A DNA stretch of 63,893 nt, the filler included, from Actinomycetota bacterium (GTDB taxonomy: Bacteria; Actinomycetota; CADDZG01; JAHWKV01; JAOPZY01), in assembly GCA_025963875.1 (NCBI GenBank). It is 5 parts of 5 records of this genome, joined end to end, with 100 filler letters (N's around TTAATTAATTAA, not from the genome) between each part and the next. Parts side by side here need not be neighbours in the genome. Positions count along the whole stretch, not along the records: positions 1 to 19,189 come from JAOPZY010000058.1; 4 more parts are not named here. One strand, 5' to 3'. Below the pieces are notes generated by a model that was not told where the DNA came from, did not search any database, and was given only the letters and a program-made list of their open reading frames with translations. Of this stretch, positions 11,201-18,826 are shown piece by piece (positions within the stretch are counted from its first letter, which is position 1; each line of letters opens with the position of its first letter). Both the position numbers and the translations under genes were made by a program.

Positions 11201-12090
11201 ATCCCAGGGCCGGGACGAAGGTGGCGTGCGACGTGACGATCCGCGCATTCACCGCCGACACGTTGCGCTGCGACTTCGAGGTCCGGACCCCGGATGGAGA
11301 GGTCTGGGCCAGGATCGACGGCTGGACGTGCCGGCGCTTCGCCAGCGACGACGTGATCTTCCCGGCGCTGCACACCCAACCATCCCGGGCAGCCATCGGG
11401 CAGGCGCAGCCGGGAGGATGGTGCCTGGTGACCGACCGCTGGCCCGACCAGGCGTCGCAGGAAGTGGTCATGCGGCGGTACCTGAACAGTGTCGAGCGAG
11501 CGGAGTACGAGGCCCGCAACCCCCGGGCCCGCCGAGCCTGGCTGCTGGGTCGCATCGCCGCGAAGGACGCCGCCCGGCACCTGCTGTGGGGCCAGGGGCG
11601 GGGCGCGCTGTTCCCGGCCGAGATCTCCCTGGGCAACGACGCCGGGGGCCAGCCGTGGCTCCGGGGGCCGGGTGGCATGCCGATGGCGGTGTCGATCGCC
11701 CACACCGCAGGCTTCGGCGTCGCCATCGTGCTACCGTCGAACAGCGAGGCGGCGCCTGATCTCGGCCCTGGTCTCGGCATCGATGTGGAGGCGATCGGTG
11801 CCGTGACGGAAGCTGTCGCCGCCGTCTCGTTCACGCCCGAGGAGCTCGCCCTGGTGGACAGCCTTGCAGGGGGCCGCCGGGTCGTCTGGCTGACCCGTTT
11901 CTGGTGCGCCAAGGAGGCAGTCGCAAAGGCTGAGGCCACCGGGCTTGCGGGACGGCCGCGGGACTTCGTCGTCACCGGGGTCACGGGCGAAACGCTGACG
12001 GCCACCGCTCACGAGCGGACGTACCGGGTTGCAACCTGCATCCTCGAAAACAGCCACGTCGTGGCGTGGACATTGGAGGAAACGATATGA
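2263..12090 (+). CDS. Iterative type I PKS / PUFA-synthase-like megasynthase: NMO/FabK-like enoyl reductase (two TIM-barrel segments)-KS-AT-ACP-KR-AT-DH-Sfp-type PPTase
   Basis: ATG 2263 follows the RBS GGAAGGA. Motifs: FEGSECGGH/FAGGIHD (NMO); TVDAACASSL, EAHGTGT, KSQIGH (KS); GHSYG..AFHS (AT1); DLSIDSIK (ACP); TGGGRGIT..YSAAN (KR); GHSLG..GFHS (AT2); LLDHCL..PVVP (DH); GIDVE..FWCAKEAVAKA (PPTase). Confidence 0.93.
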   Translation: MPTPRPPRTLRAATRDPSPRTTPPPTSTQARTNPLDQRDLVLAISPFGRPDARVTAAAVRAGVLGVLDLGRDRDEAVAALEQTARWARGPFGVRVSAGCPLLPSDLPDAVDTVLLAPDASWQPRDAGPGRRVLLEVTSPDEVPAPGSGADGLVARGSESGGLVGELSTFVLLQRLVAGSGPGLPVWAAGGIGLHTAAAAIAGGAAGVVLDVQLALTNEARENLPSDIAAALQSMDGSETALVEGRRVYSRPGPGLTGGPLPVGQDGAFAAGLAERYRTVGGIVQAVRSSIREHLASAQRCPPLTVAQGPMTRVSDRVAFAGAVAAEGGLPFLALALMRGPEVATLLAEASEQLDGQQWGVGILGFVPPELREAQLEVVRSVRPPFALIAGGRPAQAAALEADGIPTYLHVPSPGLLDRFLADGARRFVFEGSECGGHIGPRASFPLWEAQIEHLLAFGDDKRHGGASFYAALHVLFAGGIHDERSAAMVAAAAAPLAERGATIGVLMGTAYLFTREAVEAGAILEGFQAAAVSCDRTVLLETSPGHITRCADTPYVAAFKATKDRLTDAGATAQEMWSELEKLNLGRLRIASKGLRRDESRLVEVTEDEQREAGMYMLGQVATLRSEATSIAGLHRQVTSGAASFLSGRAADLGLAGDLAAVAPEPATPLNIAVVGMACVLPNADGLASYWANILAGVDGVTEVPSDRWNADRYYDADTYSHNAGRTSPSKWGGFIPPVPFDALAYGIPPASLSAIEPVQLLALEVASRALADAGYADRPFDRSRASAVFGAEGGTDLAAAYTFGALAPSYFGDLPAELEEHLPTLTEDSFPGVLANVIAGRIANRLDLGGVNYTVDAACASSLAALDVACKELTFGASDLVLCGGADLHNGIYDYLMFTAAHALSPGGRCRSFDAAADGITLGEGVVCVVLKRLADAERDGDRVYAVVKAVAGSSDGKSLGLTAPRPEGQRLALERAYRMAGVSPAAVGLVEAHGTGTVVGDRTELGVLNDVFTEAGAPPGSCVLGSVKSQIGHTKCAAGIAGLVKAAYALHAGVRPPTGPIKVPNPGWEASTSPFFFDQQARPWATVPAERYAGVSAFGFGGTNFHAVLSGYDGAPEPVFGVDEWPAELFCFRGIDGPAAVVAIDKLAALLAANDAAGRPLGLGDLAAGVAANRGTVQVQVALVADSLDDLARKLPTARERRSDAQLGIFAADSTSGGPVAFLFPGQGSQRPGMLADLFVAFPRLQRHLRCAAAPYATTMFPPASFTPEGLAAQREAITDTRVAQPVMGIAGSAVSDLLGWLGVRPDMAGGHSYGEVIALASAGALRQEDLLALSEHRAAVIVAAAGDDPGTMAAVTADATAVRRALAAAPAGVAASVVIANYNAPEQVVISGPSHAVAAAVKTMEDQGLVARLIPVACAFHSPVVATAEGAFAQVLESHELATPSYPVWSNMTAAPYPDEAAGMRRLLAGQLANPVRFVEQVEAMYEAGARVFVEAGPGRVLTGLVGKILGDRAHTAVACDAQGEPGLRRLMFALAELAAAGVPVDVAKLFHGRRVTAAREVPARPGWIVDGHTVRTAAGSLLPGGLHPTGDLLIPIAAAAPAAAPTAAPAPAGATAPPQHEAVVLEFLRSTRELVAAQKEVMLGFLGTPSLPEGNGVLEVGVALPATPVVPAPVTVAEPTPATEPEPVAAAGVAPLTAESLLEVILGIVGQRTGYPIEMLGAEMDLEADLSIDSIKRTEIIMELAEHMRLARGGVPVAEGIVEQLARLKTIGSIVAWIVEHVGASIEAAAPVAVPRPVSAAPAAARATPVTPESAAVEPTHRYVVEPAPARLATTPADISGKRFVVVDEGEGVGAATAAALRARGADALLLAPHHLLESSCAAVDGLVHVAALRPGQDPILPQAFAAIRAAVVGGAGHLLVAIGSEDPVPGLGVAGLIRTIAREYPNVSVRAVEVDTSQRPAHVAEQIASELAVSGDPFVSYRRAARTSRRVVESPLAAAQPAGALDLGGAAPPNPLVRAIEELGLGPDSVVVFTGGGRGITATCAIALARAAGCHIEILGRTPSPERPEHPDIAAALDRPSLRQALLGQGVGTPAQVEAAMRRILATREVRATLATLMPLCASVRYHSVDVCDPEAVGRVIDQINDHWERIDGVIHGAGVLEDKMLVDKTPESFARVFRTKVDGARALVSALEGRPGLRFLVLFGSVSGVFGNPGQVDYSAANDALDSLARLWNGRLAGRVVSIDWGPWASAGGGMVSPELERDYTRRGISMIAPEDGVAALFGELAWGDRETCQAVYMAGGRDSAAAFAGGELGAPASVQARPPAAFKASPAQTAQKVETTLRLAGGSPAELLSALDLHELDPTAVPGVPAEEATCRLAVVDPTPERLALARKVIQRGSPWRGRNDVWFTNRPLLLDGRIAFLFPGFEPEPLGNVDDIADRFGLLRPSIAGTGELVDQAVDIVAVGRLLAVALERLGITPHLLAGHSLGEWTAMIVSGMWKPEDGEDLDRLFRIGRTELPDAAYAALGCSAEQAAAAIGPLDGVVVSHDNCPHQSVVCGRPEQVDTLLATLRERGVLGQVVPFRSGFHSPMMAGFLEGNRPAFDALSLQQPSLPVWSATSVAPYPTDPAAVRDLVLRHLLEPVRFRELVEAMYLDGARAFVQVGAGSLMGFVHDTLGTREHLAIAALSTQHSGLAQLDRVAAALWVEGMQFPQATPPVGRGGYSSSVRASTATLIRQEAAVATQVLTPLATPLTTPLTSPLAETRVLRTPRVFSLDTMPELLDHCLVPQAPGWPDPTDAFPVVPMTTLLEVMAEAALARYPARTVVGFRSVRALRWLVVAPPAMTVVETHEEADGYVRVKIEGYAEGLVHLGEAYPEAPAPAGWTLTGARAPLVDAAGLYGDGWMFHGPRFAGVTEITAYGDDGIRGVIETLAASGALLDCAGQLAGHWAQVSATVDRSAFPTNIGSVSLFGPHPRAGTKVACDVTIRAFTADTLRCDFEVRTPDGEVWARIDGWTCRRFASDDVIFPALHTQPSRAAIGQAQPGGWCLVTDRWPDQASQEVVMRRYLNSVERAEYEARNPRARRAWLLGRIAAKDAARHLLWGQGRGALFPAEISLGNDAGGQPWLRGPGGMPMAVSIAHTAGFGVAIVLPSNSEAAPDLGPGLGIDVEAIGAVTEAVAAVSFTPEELALVDSLAGGRRVVWLTRFWCAKEAVAKAEATGLAGRPRDFVVTGVTGETLTATAHERTYRVATCILENSHVVAWTLEETI

Positions 12091-12392
12091 GCATCAGCCC
12101 GTCCGTGGAACTCGAGGGCATCGTCGAGGACATCACCGCCATCCTCGTCGAAGTCATCGGCGACGAGTTCATGCTCGACGTCGAGGTCACGATGGAGACG
12201 ACGTTCAGTCACGACCTCGAGTTGGAGAGCATCGAGTTCGTCGCCATGGCCGAGAAGTTGCAGGAGCGCTACGCCGGGCGCGTGGACTTCACGGCGTTTC
12301 TCGCCGGGCTTGAGATCGACGAGATCCTGGCCCTCAGCGTCGGCCAGCTCGCCGGGCACGTCGCCCGATCCCTGCGCCTCGGGCAGGCGTAG
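12087..12392 (+). CDS. Stand-alone acyl carrier protein
   Basis: ATGA overlap with the PKS stop; acidic 101 aa with a DLELESIEFV phosphopantetheine Ser motif. Confidence 0.9.
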   Translation: MSISPSVELEGIVEDITAILVEVIGDEFMLDVEVTMETTFSHDLELESIEFVAMAEKLQERYAGRVDFTAFLAGLEIDEILALSVGQLAGHVARSLRLGQA

Positions 12393-12396
12393 GGAC

Positions 12397-13242
12397 ATGG
12401 CCCGCGTCGTCGCCAACGGCATCGACTTCCACGTCCAGCGCCTTCGCCGCCAGTCCCCCGACGGCGCCCCCCAACCCGGCGGCCCGGTCGTCGTCTTCCT
12501 GCACGGGCTGGTGATCGACAACCTGTCGAGCCTCTACTACAGCCTCGCCAACCCCGTGGCCCAAGCCGGGGCCGATGCGATCCTGTACGACCAGCGAGGG
12601 CACGGGCTCTCGGAGCGTCCGCCCCGCGGGTACCGGATCGAGGACTCGGTGGCCGACCTGGGAACGCTCCTCGACGCCCTGGAGGTGTCCGGCCCCGTCC
12701 ACCTCGTCGGCCACAGTTACGGGGCCTCCATCGCCCTGCGCGCGGCGCTCGCCGAGCCCGCACGGTTCGCAAGCGTCGTGCTGATCGAGCCGCACTGTGC
12801 CGAATCCCACGGCTGTGTGGACTGGGTGGAAGACGTCGCCGACATGCTCACCGCCTGCGCCCTTGTCCTCGAGCACAACCCGATCGAGGACAACCTCTCC
12901 GCCTCGGAGCGGCGCAAGCGCGGGAGCGGCGCCGGACGGCTCACTGAGGCCAACACGTTCCTCAACGGAACCACCCTGATCGAAGACATCGCCTCCTCGC
13001 CGCCGTTCACGGACGAGGAGCTGGGACAGCTCGGCGTTGCGGTCCTGGCCATCTACGGCGAATACACCGACCTTGCCTCCTCGGCTCGCAAGCTCGCCGC
13101 CTGCGTCCCCGATTGCCGGCTCGCAGTTCTCCCGGGGCTCGGACACTCCGTGATACGGGATGCCCGCGACGTGGTGCTCGCCATGGTCGAGAGCTGGCTG
13201 GCGGAGTTCTCCCCGGCGGGCGCTGGGAAGGCCGGGGTTTGA
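12397..13242 (+). CDS. Alpha/beta fold hydrolase (possible thioesterase/acyltransferase)
   Basis: FLHG, DQRGHG, GHSYG nucleophile elbow and C-terminal GH. Confidence 0.9.
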   Translation: MARVVANGIDFHVQRLRRQSPDGAPQPGGPVVVFLHGLVIDNLSSLYYSLANPVAQAGADAILYDQRGHGLSERPPRGYRIEDSVADLGTLLDALEVSGPVHLVGHSYGASIALRAALAEPARFASVVLIEPHCAESHGCVDWVEDVADMLTACALVLEHNPIEDNLSASERRKRGSGAGRLTEANTFLNGTTLIEDIASSPPFTDEELGQLGVAVLAIYGEYTDLASSARKLAACVPDCRLAVLPGLGHSVIRDARDVVLAMVESWLAEFSPAGAGKAGV

Positions 13243-14390
13243 GCCGCTTCCTCATCGTCGTGCCCCCGCTGGCGGGGCATGTCAATCCGACGGTGGCCGT
13301 GGGCCGGGAGTTGCAGCGGCGCGGGCACGAGGTGGCATGGGCGGGTCATCCCGAGCTCGTGGCGCCTCTGCTGCCGGCGGACTGCCGGCTCTGGCCCGCG
13401 GGTGGTGACTTCTCCGTCGAGGAGATGGCAGTCGCTCGCGGCCGCTGGCTCAACCTCCGGGCCTTCGCCGCCTTGGCGGCCCTGTGGGACGAGGTGCTCC
13501 TCCCGCTCGCCGTCGCCATGGTCGAGGGTGTCGAGGCCGCGGTCGATGCCTACAGGCCCGACGTGATCATCGTCGACCAGCAGGCGCTGGCGGGGGCCGT
13601 GGTCGCCCGGCGGCGTGGCCTTCCGTGGGCGACGTCGGCGAGCACCTTCGCCGAGTTCTCCCGTCCCTATGCCTCCATGCCCAAGGTGGAGGCGTGGGTG
13701 GCGGAGCGGCTCGAGGCATTCCAGCACTCGTTCGGTGCGGGTGGCGGCGACCTGCGCTTCTCGGAGCACCTCGCCCTGAGCTACACCGTGCCGGAGCTTG
13801 CCGGTCCCGTCCAGGTCCCCTGCACCCCGGCATTCGTCGGCCCCACCCTCGGGGAGCGCCCTGCGGGGGCCTCCTTCCCGTGGGAGTGGCTCGACCCCGC
13901 CAGGCAGCTCGTCCTGGCCTCCCTCGGCACGCACAACCAGGAGGCGGGGGCACGTTTCTACCGGGTGCTGCTCGACGCAACCGGTCTGGACCTCCAGCTG
14001 GTGCTGGTCGCCCCGCCGGAGATGGTCGGTCCGGTGCCGCCCCACATCGTGGTCCGTCCCTCCGTCCCGCAGCTCGAGCTGCTGGCTCGGTGTTCGGCCG
14101 TCGTGACCCATGGCGGGGTGAACACCGTGAACGAGTGCCTGGCGCTGGGTGTGCCGATGGTGCTGGCCCCCATCCGTGACGACCAGCCGATCGTCGCCGG
14201 AAGGGTCGCCGCCGTGGGGGCCGGCATCCAGGTCCGGTTCGGCCGCGTCCAGTCTGCGGAGATGGTGGTGGCGCTGCGCAGCGTCCTCGGCGACCCTGCC
14301 TACCGGGCGGCTGCCCGCCGCATCGGCGACTCCTTCGCCCTCGCCGGCGGCGCCTCCGCGGCAGCCGACCACCTGGAAAAGCTGACGTAA
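13239..14390 (+). CDS. GT1 (MGT-like) glycosyltransferase
   Basis: TTGA overlap with the upstream gene; PPLAGHVNPT, ASLGT, VPQLELL..VTHGGVNTVNE..PIRDDQ. Confidence 0.92.
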   Translation: MSRFLIVVPPLAGHVNPTVAVGRELQRRGHEVAWAGHPELVAPLLPADCRLWPAGGDFSVEEMAVARGRWLNLRAFAALAALWDEVLLPLAVAMVEGVEAAVDAYRPDVIIVDQQALAGAVVARRRGLPWATSASTFAEFSRPYASMPKVEAWVAERLEAFQHSFGAGGGDLRFSEHLALSYTVPELAGPVQVPCTPAFVGPTLGERPAGASFPWEWLDPARQLVLASLGTHNQEAGARFYRVLLDATGLDLQLVLVAPPEMVGPVPPHIVVRPSVPQLELLARCSAVVTHGGVNTVNECLALGVPMVLAPIRDDQPIVAGRVAAVGAGIQVRFGRVQSAEMVVALRSVLGDPAYRAAARRIGDSFALAGGASAAADHLEKLT

Positions 14391-15451
14391 TGACCGAGGC
14401 CGTGGCGACACCCCGGTCCGAGGTTCCCGGCGACGACGCGCTCGACCTCACCCTGCGCATGGTGCTCCACCTCTTCGGCCGCGCCTTCAAGGAGGAGGCC
14501 ACGGCAGGCTGGTCCGCCCCCGGCGCGGTCGTGCTGCTCGGCGCCTCGCCAGGAGGCCCGGCCCTGGCCATCGTCAGCCGCTGGGGCGCCAAGATCGCCG
14601 GCCGGGCACGCGACGACGGCCGCCTCCACGTGTCCACGGTGCACCACCCGGACGACGATCTGGTGCTCGACCCGGCGACCCGGCAGGGGGACACCATCCC
14701 GGCCTGGGCAGCCGGGATCCCCGAGCTTGCCTCGTCGCTGCTGGGGGCTCCTTCGCCGGCCCGCGAGTTCGGCGGCGCCTCGCTCCTGGTGTACATGGAC
14801 GTCCCCGACGAATCGGGGATCCTGGCAGGGCCTGCACTGCACACCGCCCTTGCGCTCGCACTCGCGGACCTGGCCGGGTTGCCGAAAGAGCCGGCCGGGT
14901 TGCTCGCGGCGCTCGGCGGACAGGGCGAGACCGCCGCCGCCTACGCCGCGTCGCTGTCGGGCCGCCACGGCCACGCCATGCTGACCGCCGGGTCCGCAGT
15001 TGCTCACCACGTCGCCTTCGACCCCGCTGCCGCAGGCCTTCGGCTGGTCCTCATGTCGGCCAGACCCGACGAAGCCGCGACGCCCCAGCAGGGCTGGACC
15101 CCGGACCCTTCCGACGACGCCCGGGTGGGTGCCGCCGTCGAGGCGATCGCCGGTCAGGACTGGACCGCCCTCGGTACCCTGTTCACCACGGCCCACCGCG
15201 CTGGCCTGGCCCTGCGGGAGCCCGTCGACGCCGACCTGCTGGTCGACAGCGCCCTGGCGACGGGGGCCCTGGGAGCCCGTGCAACCTCCTCGAAGACGGC
15301 CATTGCCCTGGCACCCGCCACGTCGCTACGGGACCTGCGGGCAGCCGCCCTCCACGCCTTCGCCCGTCGGGGTCGGTTGGCTCCGAGATTCCTCACGACC
15401 GGCGCTCTCCCGCCGGCCGTTGAGCGGCCGGACAGCCTGCTGGAGCGCTGA
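14390..15451 (+). CDS. Galactokinase-like GHMP-fold protein with degenerate catalytic motifs
   Basis: TAATG coupling; WSAPGAVVLLG, WTALGTLFTTAH and GALGAR resemble GalK, but GEHTDY, GLSSS and GGGFGG are absent. Confidence 0.65.
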   Translation: MTEAVATPRSEVPGDDALDLTLRMVLHLFGRAFKEEATAGWSAPGAVVLLGASPGGPALAIVSRWGAKIAGRARDDGRLHVSTVHHPDDDLVLDPATRQGDTIPAWAAGIPELASSLLGAPSPAREFGGASLLVYMDVPDESGILAGPALHTALALALADLAGLPKEPAGLLAALGGQGETAAAYAASLSGRHGHAMLTAGSAVAHHVAFDPAAAGLRLVLMSARPDEAATPQQGWTPDPSDDARVGAAVEAIAGQDWTALGTLFTTAHRAGLALREPVDADLLVDSALATGALGARATSSKTAIALAPATSLRDLRAAALHAFARRGRLAPRFLTTGALPPAVERPDSLLER

Positions 15452-15484
15452 GTCCAGAACTGAGATAACCATGACGCGCGTACC

Positions 15485-15569
15485 AGGCTGTCGCGGAATT
15501 ACCCCAAAGGGCGTCCGTGGCCTGCGTACGGCGCGTTGGCGGCCCGAATTACTCCGTTTCCGACGGGCT
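15485..15569 (+). repeat. MITE-like ~85 bp repeat, copy 1
   Basis: AGGCTGTCGCGGAATT...GCCCGAATTACTCCGTTTCCGACGGGCT is homologous to 17885-17972 and 32091-32171; imperfect terminal inverted repeats. Confidence 0.7.
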
Positions 15570-15602
15570 TTCGGCCTCCTCGCGGCGCGCAGCTCCTGAT
15601 GT

Positions 15603-15641
15603 TTGCACCAAAAACTGCGGATAGCGCGGTTTTTGGTGCAA
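15603..15641. repeat. Palindrome TTGCACCAAAAAC..GTTTTTGGTGCAA
   Basis: 13-bp inverted repeat; related to the palindrome at 41947-41993. Confidence 0.75.
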
Positions 15642-15703
15642 TCTGGTCCCTCAGGTCCCGGCCCAGCGCTGGCACGGAAGCCCGGCGGATTCTCCGCGTC
15701 AGA

Positions 15704-17883
15704 GTCGGGTAGAGCAGAGGACGCGCTGCCGGGCTGCCCGGTGCGTCATCCTCCGCCCCCCCTTCGAACCGTGCATGCGGTTCTCCCGCACACGGCTCAC
15801 CGACATCGTTCACCGTCAGGCATGCGCAGATCCGTAGCGCACCGTTCCGCTGAGGCGATGGACGCCGAGGCGCCGGAACCAGGCCGTGTTGTACCGGCTG
15901 GCCCAGTTGCGTCCTTGGAGTCCGTGCTTTCTGCTCGCCAGGATGGCCAGGCGCTGGTGGGTGTAGCTGTCGATGATGGCGAACTTCCGCGCCGAGTTGC
16001 CGTAGCGGAAGTGGTTGCCCCAGCCTTCGAGGGTGCGGTTGAGGTCCTTCACCACCGTCTGCAGGGACTTGCCCACGTTGGCCCGATCGGTCGCTGCTTT
16101 GATCTTCCCCCGGATGGAGGCCATCGCCTTCTGCGATGGCCAGCGTTGCAGGTAGAAGCGCCCCTTCCACTTCCAGGACGCCACCTTGTGCAGGTGGAAG
16201 CCGAGGAAGTCCAGGCCCTGCTTTCCCTGGGTCAGACAGACGATCCCCGTCTTGGCCTCGTTGAGCCGCAGGCCAAGGGGGCGGAGCATCTCACCGGTCC
16301 TACGCCGGGCCTCTTCGGCTCGGCTGCGGTTGGCGCAGAGCACGACGTAATCGTCGGCGTACCTGATGAGCTTCCCGAGCCCCTTACCCTTGTCCTCCCA
16401 CTCCTCGTCGAAGAGGTGCAGGGCGATGTTGAAGAGCAGGGGGGAGATGGGCGAGCCCTGGGGGGTTCCCGACACCGTGTCGAGGACCACCCCGTCCTTC
16501 AGCACTCCCGCTCTCAGCCACGCCCGGATCAGCTTCAGCATCTGGCGATCACAGACCCGGCGGGCCACCTGGGCCATCAGGGCCTCGTGATCGAGATTGC
16601 CGAAGGCGTTCGAGACGTCGCCTTCGAGCACCCAGTCGGCTCCCCGGTTGGCCTCGGCTCTGAACACCTCCAGGGCGCCATGCACGCTACGCCCTGGTCG
16701 GTAGCCGAAGCTCGACGGCAGGAAGTCTGCTTCCCAGATGGGCTCCAGGATCAGCTTCGCTGCGGCCATGACCGTTCTGTCCCGACAGGTGGGTATGCCG
16801 AGCGGCCTGAATTTTCCAGGCTGCCCGGCCTTGGGAATGTCGACTCGCCGAAGCGGGGCAGGCCGGTAGGACCGCTGCCTGAGGGCTTTGGCGATGTCTT
16901 GCAGGAAGGCGTCCACCCCGGAGGCCTCGATGTCGTCGATGCTGACGCCGTCGACACCGGGGGCCCCTCGGTTCTCACGGACTTCGCTCCAGGCCCAGGC
17001 AAGCATGTCGGGGCGGCCGACCTTGTCGTAGAGGGCGTGGAACCTGCGGTTCGGATCCTGCTTGGCACAGCGGTAGAGCGCGTCGGTGAGGGCTCGGGAC
17101 CCGGTTGGGCCAATCTGGGGCCGCCGGTTTCCAGTGGAATTAGCCATCTGCGGCACTCACCCATCCCCTCCCGTCAGCTACGCGCATCGATGAAGTAGGT
17201 GCCCTTCGCTCGCAGCGGGTTTTGCTGCCCGCCGGTCGTCACTACTACGGCCCCCTCCGACTCCCTCTCGGCTGGCCCCTCCCTTTCCCGGTTCTGCCGG
17301 TTATAGGCGGGCATCGCTTCCCGTTCCGCTGCGGTGGGTCAGTGGTCCTCAGCTCGGCCCGACGGCCGGGCCACACTTGGTCAACCGGTCACCCTCTGGG
17401 GGCATGTCGCCGCCGCATGTTGGATCCGCAGGCCGTTACGCCCGCCACCACCGCCCGCCTCGGGGCCGAGGAGGGTCTCTCCAGTTCCCAGGACAGCCTT
17501 CTGGCCGTTCAACACCCATTACGCCGGAGAGTTCTTGGGCACCCGCTCCAGGTTCCGGGGTGCTTTCCGTGGCCTTCGCCTCAACCTTACGGGCTCGGCT
17601 CTCTCTTGGTCCGCCTCTCGGCGGGTTCGCGTGACGGCGCTTGCTCGGGTTTCGCTGCCGCTGCAGACCGGCCAGTTGCTCACCCCCTCTCAGGGGCTTT
17701 GTTGCTCCGCTTCGACGGCGGGATCTCGCCCGACGCCGGGAGCCGTGCTACCGGGGACCCTGGCGTCTCCCCGGGCCAGACTCGCACTGGCTGGTTGTCC
17801 TGAGCTTGTCGCTCGGGTTGTTGCTGTCGACCACCCCCTTTCGGGTTCGTCGTTGGCGTGCGCCCCGAGCTGGCTGGACGCAC
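15704..17883 (-). mobile_element. Complete group II intron (~2180 nt)
   Basis: 5' end GTGCG at 17883; domain V GAGCCGTGTGCGGGAGAACCGCATGCACGGTTC at 15798-15766; domain VI hairpin ending CTACCCGAC at 15704; RT ORF inside. Confidence 0.92.
15816..17156 (-). CDS. ltrA: Group II intron reverse transcriptase/maturase (no En domain)
   Basis: [41 protein letters not shown] and a maturase X region (GWGNHF); ends without an HNH domain. Confidence 0.96.
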   Translation of the reverse strand: MPQMANSTGNRRPQIGPTGSRALTDALYRCAKQDPNRRFHALYDKVGRPDMLAWAWSEVRENRGAPGVDGVSIDDIEASGVDAFLQDIAKALRQRSYRPAPLRRVDIPKAGQPGKFRPLGIPTCRDRTVMAAAKLILEPIWEADFLPSSFGYRPGRSVHGALEVFRAEANRGADWVLEGDVSNAFGNLDHEALMAQVARRVCDRQMLKLIRAWLRAGVLKDGVVLDTVSGTPQGSPISPLLFNIALHLFDEEWEDKGKGLGKLIRYADDYVVLCANRSRAEEARRRTGEMLRPLGLRLNEAKTGIVCLTQGKQGLDFLGFHLHKVASWKWKGRFYLQRWPSQKAMASIRGKIKAATDRANVGKSLQTVVKDLNRTLEGWGNHFRYGNSARKFAIIDSYTHQRLAILASRKHGLQGRNWASRYNTAWFRRLGVHRLSGTVRYGSAHA

Positions 17884-17884
17884 A

Positions 17885-18023
17885 AGGCCGTCGCGAAATT
17901 CTACTGAGGGGGGCCTCCGAGGTTGTACGCGGCCCGTTTTCCGCCCGAATTGCTCCGTTTCCGACCAGCCCTGGTCCGAAGTTGGGAGCGAATCGCGCGT
18001 AGGCGCGCGCTAGGCTCCCAACC
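17885..18023 (+). repeat. Composite repeat: MITE-like unit plus REP-like hairpin
   Basis: Near-identical to 32091-32223. Confidence 0.85.
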
Positions 18024-18130
18024 TTTCTCCGGCCTGGGGGGCGATGTCACAAAGCTGGTCACGGTGGCGTCCTTGTTGACGTAGCCGCCTCGGACGCAGG
18101 TCCGGGGGGCTCAGTCGAAAGGACAAACCG

Positions 18131-18826
18131 ATGAAGCTTGCAGTGTTCGGCTCCAATGGCCTGACCGGGCGACTCCTCACCCGACTGGCGCTCGACGAGG
18201 GCCACGATGTGGTCGCCTTCACCCGCCGCCCCGGCGCCTTCCCCATCGAACATCCGCGCCTCGAGGTTGCCGCCGGCGATGTCCACGACGCGGCTGCCGT
18301 TGCTTCGGCGATCAACGGGACCGACGCCGTCGTCTCCACCCTCGGCGTGCCCTATGCCAAGACCCCGATCGACGTCTACTCGCACGGCGCCGCCAACATC
18401 ATCGCCGGCATGCACGCCGCCGGCATCAAGCGGTTCGCGTGCGTCAGCTCCAGTGCGGTGGCCCCCCATCCCGAGCCGATCGGCGGGTTCGTCTTCGAGA
18501 AGATCCTGCAGCCCTACGTCGTCAACAAGATCGGCAAGACCACCTATGACGACATGCGCCGGATGGAGGCGATGGTGTCCGGCAGCGACCTGGCGTGGAC
18601 GATCGTGCGTCCGTCGGGGTTGTTCGACGCCCCGGCCGTATCGGCGTACGGTGTTGCCATCGACCATATCGGCTACCGGTTCACCGCCCGGATCGACCTG
18701 GCCGATTGCCTGTTGCGCCAGGCCCTGAGCGACACGTACGTCCGCTCGACGATCGCCGTGGCGACGACGAGCGCCCATCCTTCGATAGTGAAGCTGATCT
18801 GGCGGGAAGGCATCAGAAAGAAATGA
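18131..18826 (+). CDS. NAD(P)H-binding oxidoreductase (flavin reductase / atypical SDR)
   Basis: MKLAVFGSNGLTG Rossmann motif; WTIVRPSGL. Confidence 0.9.
   Translation: MKLAVFGSNGLTGRLLTRLALDEGHDVVAFTRRPGAFPIEHPRLEVAAGDVHDAAAVASAINGTDAVVSTLGVPYAKTPIDVYSHGAANIIAGMHAAGIKRFACVSSSAVAPHPEPIGGFVFEKILQPYVVNKIGKTTYDDMRRMEAMVSGSDLAWTIVRPSGLFDAPAVSAYGVAIDHIGYRFTARIDLADCLLRQALSDTYVRSTIAVATTSAHPSIVKLIWREGIRKK

Noticed and set aside
15816..17156. RT read as a retron, DGR or defence RT
   Set aside because: It has YADD, a maturase region and full flanking group II intron RNA (GUGCG start, domains V and VI).
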